Below, piece by piece: positions 45,327 through 54,299 of a DNA stretch of 64,000 bases; the first letter of the stretch is position 1, and every line of letters begins with the position of its first letter. The translations under genes were made by a program, and so were the position numbers. The notes under the pieces are model-generated. The model saw only the letters and a program-made list of their open reading frames with translations. It made no database searches and was not told where the DNA came from. Source of the stretch: a virus (Duplodnaviria; Caudoviricetes); the IMG/VR virus record IMGVR_UViG_2866816733_000004, positions 40,491-104,490 of that record. The stretch is one strand, 5' to 3'.

Positions 45327-45743
45327 ATGGGCAGAACCCGTACCCCTCGATGGGCTCGGCGCTTCCGACAGCGCCGTGCCGCCACCCGCATCCCGTCCGG
45401 CTATCAGCCCGGACACGTCCACGGCTTCACCGGAGAAGCCGCAACCATCCCGGTCAGCCGCACGTACTACCGCAGTGACACCTGGGACGCGCCCGAACTG
45501 AGGCTCCATCTGACCGCAACCGTCAACTACCTCGGAAGGATCGCCAAACGCTCCTACGCGCAGGCTTCCAAGCGAGGAGACGTTGACGCGCTCGCCATGC
45601 TTGACGCCGAACACCGGCCCCTGGCGGACACGGTGCTGATCGCCCCGCACCGCGTCCGGAGTGCCATGGACGCCCGCGGCTACGACGACATCGACCACCG
45701 GCCTGACCTTGAGGACCCTCATAGCTGGTCCTCCGCGGCGTAG
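45327..45743 (+). CDS. Hypothetical protein, opposite to surrounding operon
   Basis: GAGGT RBS before ATG; more protein-like than the antisense ORF 45246-45722. Confidence 0.45.
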   Translation: MGRTRTPRWARRFRQRRAATRIPSGYQPGHVHGFTGEAATIPVSRTYYRSDTWDAPELRLHLTATVNYLGRIAKRSYAQASKRGDVDALAMLDAEHRPLADTVLIAPHRVRSAMDARGYDDIDHRPDLEDPHSWSSAA

Positions 45744-46162
45744 TTCGCGGCCTCCGCGAGGTCGAGTCCGGTTACGCGGCCGGACGCGAGACAGCCACGG
45801 AGGCTGACGGGGATGCCCGCCGCCATCGACGCTGCGAGCCGCAGCGCTCGCGTGGCACGAACAGGTCCTTCAATCTCGCCGGCGTCTAGGGCGGTGACTG
45901 CGTCCTCCCAGAGCACGTGGGCGTGCCGGACACCGCTCGCCCGGTCCCGCTTCTTCGCCACGCGCACGAACCGGGCGACGAAGTCGGGCCGGGCGAGCCA
46001 GTACGGAACGAGCCCCTCCACGGTCGTTTCGATCAGTGCCTGAATAGCGATGTGTTCGCTGTCGGCGACGGCATGGGGGCAGTGCTTCGCGTACGTCGTG
46101 AGCCCGTCGCACAGGTCTGCGAGCCCGATCGGCTTGGTCTTGCGACTCAGAACATTCAGCAC
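45719..46162 (-). CDS. Hypothetical protein
   Basis: GAGGAG RBS; WEDAVTALDAGE...LRLAASMAAGIPVSL. Confidence 0.55.
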   Translation of the reverse strand: MLNVLSRKTKPIGLADLCDGLTTYAKHCPHAVADSEHIAIQALIETTVEGLVPYWLARPDFVARFVRVAKKRDRASGVRHAHVLWEDAVTALDAGEIEGPVRATRALRLAASMAAGIPVSLRGCLASGRVTGLDLAEAANYAAEDQL

Positions 46163-46295
46163 GCCTACTCCTCGCCGCTGCCGGGGGTGTAGAGGCATCC
46201 CGGCCGGTCCGTGTCGAACACGGCCATCGCGAGGGGCGCCTCGTCCTGTTCTGGGCCCGGGTGCACGGGGTCCGTGGACGTCATGTCGGTGGAGT

Positions 46296-46598
46296 TCATG
46301 CCGCTCCCTTGTTCGCCTTGGCGAGCCACTGGGCGGCGAACACGTCGAAGTCCGGGTGCCGGCCTGCTCGTACCTCCGCGATGACGTCGTCGACGAACTC
46401 GCGGAGGATTAGGTGTTGGCCGCCGCACCGGCCACTCGGCCATGCGCCTGCCTGAACGCGACGGCGTACCGTCATGGTGGAGATGCCGAGGATCTGAGCG
46501 ACTTCGGAGATCGTAAGGAAGAGGGGCGACTCGTCGGATGGCGAGTCCGGCTCAACGGCGTCGACGCTCACAAGCGCGTCCTTCCCGGGGGGCGTCAT
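46296..46598 (-). CDS. Excisionase-like HTH protein
   Basis: FLTISEVAQILGISTMTVRRRVQAG. Confidence 0.75.
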   Translation of the reverse strand: MTPPGKDALVSVDAVEPDSPSDESPLFLTISEVAQILGISTMTVRRRVQAGAWPSGRCGGQHLILREFVDDVIAEVRAGRHPDFDVFAAQWLAKANKGAA

Positions 46599-46903
46599 GC
46601 CGCGGCCTCGACCGGCTGGGCCACTCCCTCTTGGGCCTGGGCGATCCAGTTGGCGGCGTAGTCCTCGAAGCGGGCGCCGGACGGCGCGCTGATGAATCCG
46701 AAGACGAAGTCGCTTCGCATCCGGTAGCTGTCGCCGAACTGGACGCCGGGGAAGCGTCCTTCACGGAGCCCGCCGTAGAGGTAGGACTTGCTGACCTTGA
46801 GGACCGTCGCTGCCTCCGAGACGAGCAGGAAGGGTCCCGTGCTGCACGCGCACGGCGTGCGCTCGATGTCCTTCGCGCCCTGGAGACGCTCGGTGCTCTG
46901 CAT
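46595..46903 (-). CDS. Excisionase-like HTH protein
   Basis: FLLVSEAATVLKVSKSYLY...GRFPGVQFGDSYR. Confidence 0.75.
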   Translation of the reverse strand: MQSTERLQGAKDIERTPCACSTGPFLLVSEAATVLKVSKSYLYGGLREGRFPGVQFGDSYRMRSDFVFGFISAPSGARFEDYAANWIAQAQEGVAQPVEAAA

Positions 46904-46906
46904 GGA

Positions 46907-46926
46907 CTAAACGTTATGACGTTTAG
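46907..46926. promoter_or_regulatory. Palindromic operator CTAAACGT-N4-ACGTTTAG
   Basis: Perfect 8-bp inverted repeat 3 nt upstream of the leftward operon's first ATG, in divergent region with GntR. Confidence 0.6.
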
Positions 46927-47039
46927 CCAATGATTGCAAGGGGCTCCGTGCTGTTCCTCTTTCGAGGTGCTGCCCTACCTGGGAAGCTGCTTGTAGGCGT
47001 TGCTATAAGGTTTCGGACAAGCGAGGAGGTGGAGGTCGG

Positions 47040-47819
47040 ATGCAGGGAAAGCAGGGGCGTCCTGCGTACAGGCAGATCGCGGAGGATCTCCGTGCGCAGA
47101 TCGAGGATGGTTCCCTGCCGGAAGGCGCCCGCATCCCGTCCGAATCCGAGCTCGGTGCGGACTACGGGGTCTCAAGGATCGTCGTCCGAAACGCGATGGG
47201 ACTCTTGGCGAGCCAGGGCCTGATCAGCAAGGAACGTGGCCGTGGATCATTCGTTCGGCACCGGGGCCCGAAAGAGACACGCATCGTCGGTGACTTCTAC
47301 GGCAAGCGCCACACGGGTTCACCGTTCGCGGCAGCCGTGAAGGCGGCTGGGCATCGACCTGAGTGGGACTACCAGACCAGAGAGACGACCGCGTCGCCCG
47401 CGGTTGCTGAGCGGCTCGGCATCGAGGGCGGCGACCCCGTCATGCGCACGACGTACACGTTTTTCAGCGATAACCAGCCCGTCATGCTGTCGACGTCGTA
47501 TGAGCCGCTGGCGATCACGCGCGGGACGCCCGTCGAACATCCTGAGGCCGGGCCGATCACCGGAGTTGTCGCGCGCATGGACAGCATCGGGAAGGTCATA
47601 ACGCACGTCACCGAAGAGACTGTGGCTCGGGCGGCCAGGAACATAGAGAGGGAAGCCCTCGACGTCGCCGAGGGGACCCCGGTGTTCGCCATCACCCGGA
47701 CGTACTTCGCCGGCAACCAGGCCGTAGAGACTGCGGACATCGTCGTGTCCGCGGACCGCTACAAGCTCAAGTATCGGGTGCCTCTACCTCCGCCAGGTGA
47801 GCAGCGGGACTCGGAGTGA
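47040..47819 (+). CDS. GntR-UTRA repressor (KorSA-like)
   Basis: GGAGG RBS; YRQIAEDLRAQI...IPSE...RGRGSFV; UTRA domain. Confidence 0.88.
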   Translation: MQGKQGRPAYRQIAEDLRAQIEDGSLPEGARIPSESELGADYGVSRIVVRNAMGLLASQGLISKERGRGSFVRHRGPKETRIVGDFYGKRHTGSPFAAAVKAAGHRPEWDYQTRETTASPAVAERLGIEGGDPVMRTTYTFFSDNQPVMLSTSYEPLAITRGTPVEHPEAGPITGVVARMDSIGKVITHVTEETVARAARNIEREALDVAEGTPVFAITRTYFAGNQAVETADIVVSADRYKLKYRVPLPPPGEQRDSE

Positions 47820-48069
47820 TCTGTCCCGATGGTCCGTCCACTAGCCCCACCGGCCCGTAGAGCGCGAGGACGTCGGCCACCGACGAGCCGCTTCCTCGCC
47901 GACCCCAACGCAGAGGTCCCGCAAATGTGGTGCTCGAGGTGTCTGAAGCGAGATCCCGGCGATCCATGCCCCAACGATCGCCCGTACAGGCTGCGTCACG
48001 CCATGTACGAACCCTGCAACTCCAGTGCATCATCGGCAAGTAGAGCCATTAGCTAACGCAGGAGGGGTG

Positions 48070-48717
48070 ATGATGGGCCCGACGCGATCGTGGACGGGAC
48101 GAGACGCGACCACCCTGCGGAAGGCGCTGCGCATGACCACCGACGGCTTCGCTGCACGGCTGCAGGTCGCGCCGCGGACCGTCGCGAACTGGGCCGCTCA
48201 CCCGGAGATGGTGCCGCGGCTCGGAGCGCAGGACGAGCTCGACCGTCTGCTTGCCGCTGCGCCCGCTGAGGTCCAGGCGCACCTCGACGATGCCAGTGCT
48301 TCGACCGGAGTTGAGGCGGCCCAGGTGTTGCGCGTAGCGATCGCGGTCCTTGCGCACGACGGCCAGGTGCTCCTGGTCCGTCGGCGTGACGACGGCGCCG
48401 GGATCTCGTGGCAGTTCCCTGCGGGGATTATCAAGCCTGGTGAGCGTGGCGAGGACGTCGCCGTCCGTGAGACGCTCGCGGAGACCGGCGTGCACTGCTC
48501 GGTGAAGGAACACCTTGGTAGCCGCTGCCACCCGGTGACCGGCGTCCAATGCGACTACTACCGGTGCGATTACCTGGCAGGGGACGCCTACAACCGCGAC
48601 TCTGTTGAGAACACTGGCGTGACGTGGGCGCCACAAACACAGTTGACCAAGTTCCTTTCGAGAGAGACCGTCTACCCGCCGGTACTGCGGATGCTGGAGG
48701 ACACCCATGCAGCCTGA
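48070..48717 (+). CDS. HTH-Nudix fusion protein
   Basis: LRKALRMTTDGFAARLQVAPRTVANW; WQFPAGIIKPGE...AVRETLAETG. Confidence 0.82.
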   Translation: MMGPTRSWTGRDATTLRKALRMTTDGFAARLQVAPRTVANWAAHPEMVPRLGAQDELDRLLAAAPAEVQAHLDDASASTGVEAAQVLRVAIAVLAHDGQVLLVRRRDDGAGISWQFPAGIIKPGERGEDVAVRETLAETGVHCSVKEHLGSRCHPVTGVQCDYYRCDYLAGDAYNRDSVENTGVTWAPQTQLTKFLSRETVYPPVLRMLEDTHAA

Positions 48718-49114
48718 GATCGACACTCGCCCGACGATCGCGGCGGCCGTCATCGTGCAAGGTGGCCGATTCCTCCTGGTGCAGCGGGCTGTGTCCGAGG
48801 GGTCGCTGTCGTGGCAGTTCCCGGCTGGCGAGGTCGAGATCGGCGAGACGCCGGAAGACGCCGCGGTGCGGGAGACCGCCGAAGAGGCCGGCGTCACAGT
48901 GGTCGCGAAGTCGCGGCTGGGGGAGCGGATCCACCCGGCGACAGGCCGCACGATGATCTATGTCGCCTGCGAGATCGTTGAGGGTGAAGCGCATGCGGCC
49001 GACGTCGACGAGATCGCGGCTGTCCACTGGTGCCACCTCGACGAGATCGGCGACTTCGTCCCGTACGGGTTCTACGAGCCGGTGCAGTTGCACCTCGAAG
49101 CGCAGCTCGCCTGA
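48707..49114 (+). CDS. Nudix hydrolase (Pif/MutT-like)
   Basis: Full Nudix box GEVEIGETPEDAAVRETAEEAG. Confidence 0.88.
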   Translation: MQPEIDTRPTIAAAVIVQGGRFLLVQRAVSEGSLSWQFPAGEVEIGETPEDAAVRETAEEAGVTVVAKSRLGERIHPATGRTMIYVACEIVEGEAHAADVDEIAAVHWCHLDEIGDFVPYGFYEPVQLHLEAQLA

Positions 49115-49180
49115 TGCAGGCGCTATCGGGAGACGGGGCAGGCTAGCCAGTCGTCGTAGCTGTCGCCGTTCCCGCGGTGC

Positions 49181-49375
49181 GTGAGGTACCTCTTGGCCTC
49201 CAGCCATTGGAAGGCGTCCATCAGCGTCATCGACGTGAACGCGTCGTACCGCGATGACTGGCATCACCAGCTCGAGCGGCAACGGATCAGGGAACTCGGC
49301 TGGAGTGACTCTCTTGGAGCCCGCCGCGAGGCTGAATACGTCTGCGGTCGCCTCGAACGAGGGGCCTGCGGCTAG
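49181..49375 (+). CDS. Hypothetical protein
   Basis: 64-aa ORF. Confidence 0.35.
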   Translation: MRYLLASSHWKASISVIDVNASYRDDWHHQLERQRIRELGWSDSLGARREAEYVCGRLERGACG

Positions 49376-49477
49376 GTCGCGCACCCTGGGCCAGCCTTAT
49401 GGGGTGGTCTGACGACATGTCGTGTATCCCCCTACTCGGTCGGTTGTCAAGCATCGCAGGTCAGTCCGGCGTTCTGA

Positions 49478-49564
49478 TGTGCCACTTCTGGCACAAGATC
49501 GCGATTCGGTGCCACTTTTGGCCCAGCTGCCCGCATCGAGCTGTGCCATTTTTGGCACAAGATC
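49478..49564. repeat. Three iteron-like palindromes GTGCCA-N4-TGGC(A/C)CA
   Basis: 49478-49495, 49509-49525, 49542-49559; copies 1 and 3 both followed by AGATC. Confidence 0.75.
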
Positions 49565-50054
49565 ATTGCGGCCTCCTGCGGTAGTAGGTCCGGCGAGAGA
49601 TCCCGAGTTTGGTCGCCGCGGTCTTCGCGTCGGACTCCCAGATGCGCATCCCGATCGCCAGCCGAAGCTCGCCGCCTGCCGTGGTCCCGTCGATCAACCC
49701 TTCAAGCCATCCCTTGAGTTCTTCGAGTTCCTCACGGGCTGACCGCTCCGCTGGGCTCTCAGCCGCTCGCGCGCCTGGGCTCCAGGAGACACAGCGCAGC
49801 GAGATACCGCGAGCGGTCATCGCGCGCTTCACGTCAGCGGGAGCGCAGCCTCGATGGCACATCCAGACGATGCGCTGCGAGCCGCCAGCCGTGAGGCTCA
49901 GCGTCCGCTTGCTCTCCTCTGGGCGAGCGCACACCGGGCAGCGTGCGGACCACTGTCGTTTGCCTTCAGCGGTCCTACGCGCGCCGTCCAAGTTGGCGCA
50001 GACGTGGTCTGTCAAACAGTCTTCGGCGTCGAGTTCACAGCGGTGCACGACCAC
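49563..50054 (-). CDS. Primase-type zinc-binding domain plus C-terminal HTH
   Basis: WSARCPVC...TLSL...WMCHRGC; AATKLGISRRTYYRR. Confidence 0.6.
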   Translation of the reverse strand: MVVHRCELDAEDCLTDHVCANLDGARRTAEGKRQWSARCPVCARPEESKRTLSLTAGGSQRIVWMCHRGCAPADVKRAMTARGISLRCVSWSPGARAAESPAERSAREELEELKGWLEGLIDGTTAGGELRLAIGMRIWESDAKTAATKLGISRRTYYRRRPQ

Positions 50055-50176
50055 CGCCGGAGTCGAGCGTCGCTGATGGGGCCGAGATGCATCGTGGGCT
50101 ATTCTGGCTGTGCTGGTTGCTGTGGAGGCGACCGAAGCGTTTGCGGCTCTCAGGCTTTGCCTGGGGGCCGCTTCTT

Positions 50177-50413
50177 CTACCTGGCGGTGGCATGTTCACC
50201 TCCCTCCTGCGGAGAGAGCAGGAGGGAGGCCAGCCGCTCGAGGTCGTCCTGCGCGAGAGCGGGGGCGTCGGCGCGCAGCTTGGCGATGAAGTCGCGGGCG
50301 TGTTTGACCTTCAGTTCGTAGCGGAGGTCCGCCACGAGATCGGGACGGTCAGGGTGATGCCGCTTCAGTGCGGCGAGTCGGGCGCGGGTGCTGCGCCAGT
50401 CGGGTTCGGGCAC
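50177..50413 (-). CDS. Small prophage protein
   Basis: RARLAALKRHHPDRPD...APALAQDDLERLASLL. Confidence 0.5.
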   Translation of the reverse strand: MPEPDWRSTRARLAALKRHHPDRPDLVADLRYELKVKHARDFIAKLRADAPALAQDDLERLASLLLSPQEGGEHATAR

Positions 50414-50641
50414 CGGGTAGCCCTTCGAGCTTTCGCCCTGCTGATCCCGCAGGTCGACACCACAGCGGTGGAGGGAATCCTGCCCGCGGTCGGCTTCCCT
50501 TCCCCAAGAGGGCCGTGCCGCGGGTGGCACTGGATAACCGCTGTCGCCTCCCGTAGGAGACCGCCTCCCGTTTAGGAGGACTCCGGTTGCTCACTGCTAG
50601 TGATTTTAGCAGGAAAGGCAGTGGTCCAAGCCGGACCGTTT

Positions 50642-51328
50642 CTACGCGGCGTCTCCGTCGATCTGCGGCGGCGGGTCGTCGTCGGCGAGATCAAGCCCAA
50701 TCTGAGTGAAGCCTCGGGCGGCGAGTCCGCGGGCGCTGTGGGTGAGCTGGTATGCGAGGACGCCGGCGGCGCTGCGATGGAGTTCCCAGTGGGTGCCTGT
50801 CCACCAGAACATGGGCTCGTACGTCCGCCGGGGGGCGCCGGACACTTTGAGGACACCGGCCGCCCGTAGTCGGCGCGTGAGTTCGGGGACGGCATAGTTC
50901 ATCCCGTACCGCTGCCTGAGCTCGGCGGCGACTTCTTCCCAGGTGTAGGTGACGGGTTCGAACGCCATGACCGGCTTGAGGGCGTAGGTGCCGGCACGGC
51001 GGATGGTCGGGAGAACGTCGCGGTACACCCAGTCCTGGAACCGAGTGACTTGGTCGCGGACCGTTGAGTCTTTGATCCGCGACACTTGCCGTTGTCCGAG
51101 CACGCGGTAGAAGCCAGGCTCGGTGACGTGCCATATCCGCTGGTCACCACCAGGGGTACACGCTGTCGTGTACCCCTTCTCTTCGTCTGGGATGGACTCT
51201 ACGAGCCGGTGAGCGTCACGGAAGGCCAGGGCCCGCGCGAGTCCGGGCGCTTCTACCTTGAAGGAGTCACCGATCGGTGTGATGCGCAGGTGGAACTCTT
51301 CGTTGTGGAACAGCCGCAAGCCGTTCAT
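50642..51328 (-). CDS. BRO-family antirepressor
   Basis: GGAGG RBS; TPGGDQ, VTEPGFYR, FQDWVYRDVLPTIRRAGTY. Confidence 0.88.
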   Translation of the reverse strand: MNGLRLFHNEEFHLRITPIGDSFKVEAPGLARALAFRDAHRLVESIPDEEKGYTTACTPGGDQRIWHVTEPGFYRVLGQRQVSRIKDSTVRDQVTRFQDWVYRDVLPTIRRAGTYALKPVMAFEPVTYTWEEVAAELRQRYGMNYAVPELTRRLRAAGVLKVSGAPRRTYEPMFWWTGTHWELHRSAAGVLAYQLTHSARGLAARGFTQIGLDLADDDPPPQIDGDAA

Positions 51329-51442
51329 GCCGCCTCCAGCGGTGGGGTTGCTGAGGTGCTGTGCATGATGACACAGTATGATTCCAGTCATGTTGAGTCA
51401 ACTTGAGCGATCTGAGCAAACGCCGCGCGGAAGGGTGGGGAG

Positions 51443-51925
51443 TTGACGTTTCTGGAGGACGCTGACGAGGCGGCATGGACACGACTAGGGCGATTGCTTG
51501 CTGCCCGGCGCGCCGAACTCTCCCCGAAGTTTCGCTCCAGGCGTCTCTTCGCGGAGTTTGCGGGGATCAACCACCGGGTCTTGTACGACATCGAGAGTGC
51601 CCGACGCCGAAACTTCAGCCCCAACACCCTGACGGCCATTGAACACGCGTGCTCCTGGAAGCCAGGTTCGATCGCGCGGATCCTCGAGGGCGGGGACCCA
51701 GTTGAGAACACTGTCATCCTTGGTCCCGTCCGGGCCATCGACGACGACCCCGTCAGCCCCGTAGAGATTCCCGCAGAAGTTGACCTTTTTGCCATCCCGC
51801 GGTGGGAACGCCACCTCTGGCTTGCTCCTGACCTCTCGCGGAAGGAGCGCCGACTCTTGATCAATTTGATCAGAGCCGAGCGTCTCAGTGCTGAGCAAGA
51901 TGATCCGCCGACTGGCAGCGGGTGA
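51443..51925 (+). CDS. XRE-like repressor
   Basis: WTRLGRLLAARRAEL...LYDIESARR...WKPGS; divergent from antirepressor. Confidence 0.7.
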   Translation: MTFLEDADEAAWTRLGRLLAARRAELSPKFRSRRLFAEFAGINHRVLYDIESARRRNFSPNTLTAIEHACSWKPGSIARILEGGDPVENTVILGPVRAIDDDPVSPVEIPAEVDLFAIPRWERHLWLAPDLSRKERRLLINLIRAERLSAEQDDPPTGSG

Positions 51926-52158
51926 CGGTCCCGAGAGCGCTCGCTTGCTGAGCGATCTGCTGGTGGCGGTCAAGCCAGGTGCTGCTGTCCCCCGTAGAGG
52001 GTGACTGCGCTGACGCGTCCAGGCGGTGGATGGTTCACCCACTGGTCGCCTCGGCCCACTCTGGTCATCGCGCGCCACGTTGCTGGACCTCGGGAATGGA
52101 TCAGGACGCTGGCTCTAGGTTGGGGCGGCGAAGAGGGTGACCGTGAAGGGAGACGCCA

Positions 52159-52470
52159 GTGGCTGTCGAGTACACGCGTCCGGTGGTGCCAGCCGAGGAT
52201 GAGCAAGTGATTGCGCAGGCCATGGCGGTGTGGGACGCGTTGACGCCGGGTGAGCAGCGGGAGGTGTTCCGGTCGTTGGCGCAGGTGGTGACCCGATATG
52301 GGCGGACGAAGGATGTTGACGCTCTGACGCGGTTTGCGGAGAGTGTTGACGGGATGGTTCGTCTGGAGTCAACCACTGACCTACGGCGAGCTATACGGGA
52401 GACCCGCGGGGCGCCGGGTAAGCCGGCGGAGGTGAGCTTCGCGGACATGGCCAGGCAACTCGAGGAGTAG
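52159..52470 (+). CDS. Putative antitoxin (DUF6247-like)
   Basis: Helical 103 aa resembling 57473-57760; 2 nt before partner gene. Confidence 0.5.
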   Translation: MAVEYTRPVVPAEDEQVIAQAMAVWDALTPGEQREVFRSLAQVVTRYGRTKDVDALTRFAESVDGMVRLESTTDLRRAIRETRGAPGKPAEVSFADMARQLEE

Positions 52471-52472
52471 CC

Positions 52473-52766
52473 ATGCGGCGGCTGCGGCCCACCACCGAGA
52501 CTCAGCGGGTCGTGGCCGAGTGGTCGGCCTCCGCGTCACCGGACCACCGGCAGCGCCTTGCGGAGCTGTTGAGGACGTTGGATGACGGGTGCTGGGAGAC
52601 GCGGTGGTGGAACGAGCAGTGCAGCAGTGAGCCCGAGGTATACGAGTTGAGGTTCGACACGGCAGCTCACGTGTTCATGCGGATCTTCGTTGATGAGGTT
52701 GATGGGGTGGAGTACGCGGACTTCATCTCGATCGAGCACAGTGGCGCATCTACTCGGGAGCGGTGA
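52473..52766 (+). CDS. Putative RelE-fold toxin
   Basis: GAGGAG RBS; 97 aa, strand-helix-helix then YELRF beta meander. Confidence 0.45.
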   Translation: MRRLRPTTETQRVVAEWSASASPDHRQRLAELLRTLDDGCWETRWWNEQCSSEPEVYELRFDTAAHVFMRIFVDEVDGVEYADFISIEHSGASTRER

Positions 52767-52938
52767 CTAGCCGATCGGCCAGTTGCGGCAGGCTAGGAGG
52801 TTGTACGTCCGCGGAGGATTGACCGGCGCCCGCGGGCAGCAGGTCAGCGCTGGCTTCGTCGGTTGAGTCTCGTCGACCGGACCGGGTCGGCGGGTTGCTG
52901 GCTACTCTTGGATGGCCAGGGTCAGGTTATGAGGAGAC

Positions 52939-53514
52939 GTGGTGACTGAGGCGTCCGGATCACAGCAGTCCGCGTTGACCGCTGGGGAATCCTCGCTGAG
53001 CGTAGACGACCGTCAGCGCCTGCGGGCAGAGCTCTATCAGCTACTTCTGGATCTTGAAGCCACGGACTCAAATGTGCCTCGCGATCCGCCGAAGGTGCCA
53101 ACTAGCGGTCGCGCTCCGGACGTGGTCTATTACTCGCAGCGGGCTGGCCAGCTCTCGCCGACGGCGCTACGGCTCGGGCTGGTGCACTGGGCCGAGCGCT
53201 CTTCAAAGCCGAGTTCGGATTCGCTTCACGAGCTGCTCTTCCTTCTGGAAACAAGGGAGCGGGCATCACGTAAACACGGCCGGGGCGGGCATCCTGCCCG
53301 CATGCGGAATGTCCCCGTGGCTGACGGTCTAGCGGCTGAAGTTGAGGAGAAGGCCGGCGGCGAGCCCTTGGGCGGACTCGTGGAGCGGCTGCTGCGTGAC
53401 TGGCTGGCCCAGCGGCGACTCGAGGACTACCTTCATGCCTCCGATGAAGAAGACGCCCCCTTGACTGAGGATGAGGTTGAGGAGGGAAGGCGGGCGTGGC
53501 GCGGCGAGGAGTAG
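52939..53514 (+). CDS. Putative antitoxin (RHH-like C-terminus)
   Basis: GAGGAG RBS; LVERLLRDWLAQRRLEDYL...PLTEDEVEEGRRAW; overlaps PIN gene. Confidence 0.6.
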   Translation: MVTEASGSQQSALTAGESSLSVDDRQRLRAELYQLLLDLEATDSNVPRDPPKVPTSGRAPDVVYYSQRAGQLSPTALRLGLVHWAERSSKPSSDSLHELLFLLETRERASRKHGRGGHPARMRNVPVADGLAAEVEEKAGGEPLGGLVERLLRDWLAQRRLEDYLHASDEEDAPLTEDEVEEGRRAWRGEE

Positions 53515-53945
53515 ACGACCGGCCGCCGCTGCTGCCGTCCCGTTCGTTCGTTCTGGACGCGCAAGGACTCGGCCTGTACGTGGCGCGTGACCGGAGGATG
53601 CGCGCGATCATTGCAGCGGCGCTGGAAGACGGGTTCGTTCCGGTGATCAGCGTGTTGACGTTGGCGGAGCAGCGGTACTCGATGAACGGCCCGGCGTTTG
53701 ATCATGCCCTGTCGTCGGTGACGGTGGTTGATGCGAACCGTGCGATCGCAGAACGGGCCGCGCGGCTGCTGGCGGAGGCGGCGTTGGACGGGCACGAGAA
53801 CCTGATCGACGCCTTTGTGGTCGCTACAGGGTCGTTCGCTGAGGTCGGTGCGCGAGTGGCGAGTTCGGATGCCTCGCACATGCCGCCGTTGTGCAAGGCC
53901 GCGAGGGTTGTCACGGGTCGGACGATCGGGCTGGTTCGGATCTAG
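53496..53945 (+). CDS. vapC: PIN-domain (VapC-like) toxin
   Basis: FVLDAQGL, SVLTLAE, IDAFVVA, SSD. Confidence 0.8.
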   Translation: MARRGVDDRPPLLPSRSFVLDAQGLGLYVARDRRMRAIIAAALEDGFVPVISVLTLAEQRYSMNGPAFDHALSSVTVVDANRAIAERAARLLAEAALDGHENLIDAFVVATGSFAEVGARVASSDASHMPPLCKAARVVTGRTIGLVRI

Positions 53946-54086
53946 CCTCGGCCGGTTGCGGCAAGCCAGGTGCTGCTGTCTTCAGGGAGAGTTGACCACG
54001 GCCTGCCGCGCGGCTGCGGGCGGCCCGGGTCAGCGGACATTGCGGGTCTACTTAGCGTCTCGCGGAGACTTGCGTACTCTTGCTAT

Positions 54087-54299
54087 ATGGCAGGAGACGA
54101 GATCCAGGTCGCGCTGCCCGCAGCGACCGTTGAGGCTGCCAGGGCCATCGCCGAGGCCGTCGGCACGTCTGTGGGTGAGCTCGCGGCGCGTGGGCTCCGC
54201 AACGAGGTCCTCCGTCGGCAGTTGGCCGCTGATCCTCTTGCCGAAGATGATGAATGGCTGGATTTCGCCGAGGAGGCCGAGGAAGACTTGCGCCGGTGA
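54087..54299 (+). CDS. Antitoxin (MazE role, RHH-like)
   Basis: 70 aa, acidic C-terminus, GTGA overlap with toxin. Confidence 0.65.
   Translation: MAGDEIQVALPAATVEAARAIAEAVGTSVGELAARGLRNEVLRRQLAADPLAEDDEWLDFAEEAEEDLRR

Larger units (their letters stand above)
35563..49560. mobile_element. AICE/conjugative-plasmid-like transfer and regulation module
   Basis: TraB FtsK, Spd-like membrane genes, Xis-like HTHs, GntR-UTRA (KorSA-like), Nudix (Pif-like). Confidence 0.65.
51954..53997 (+). repeat. Three copies of a ~55-bp degenerate intergenic repeat
   Basis: 51954-52005, 52767-52824, 53942-53997; copies 1 and 3 share exact CAAGCCAGGTGCTGCTGTC. Confidence 0.75.

Noticed and set aside
51954-53997. 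CRISPR array
   Set aside because: Repeats are degenerate and separated by 0.8-1.1 kb of genes; no cas genes are visible
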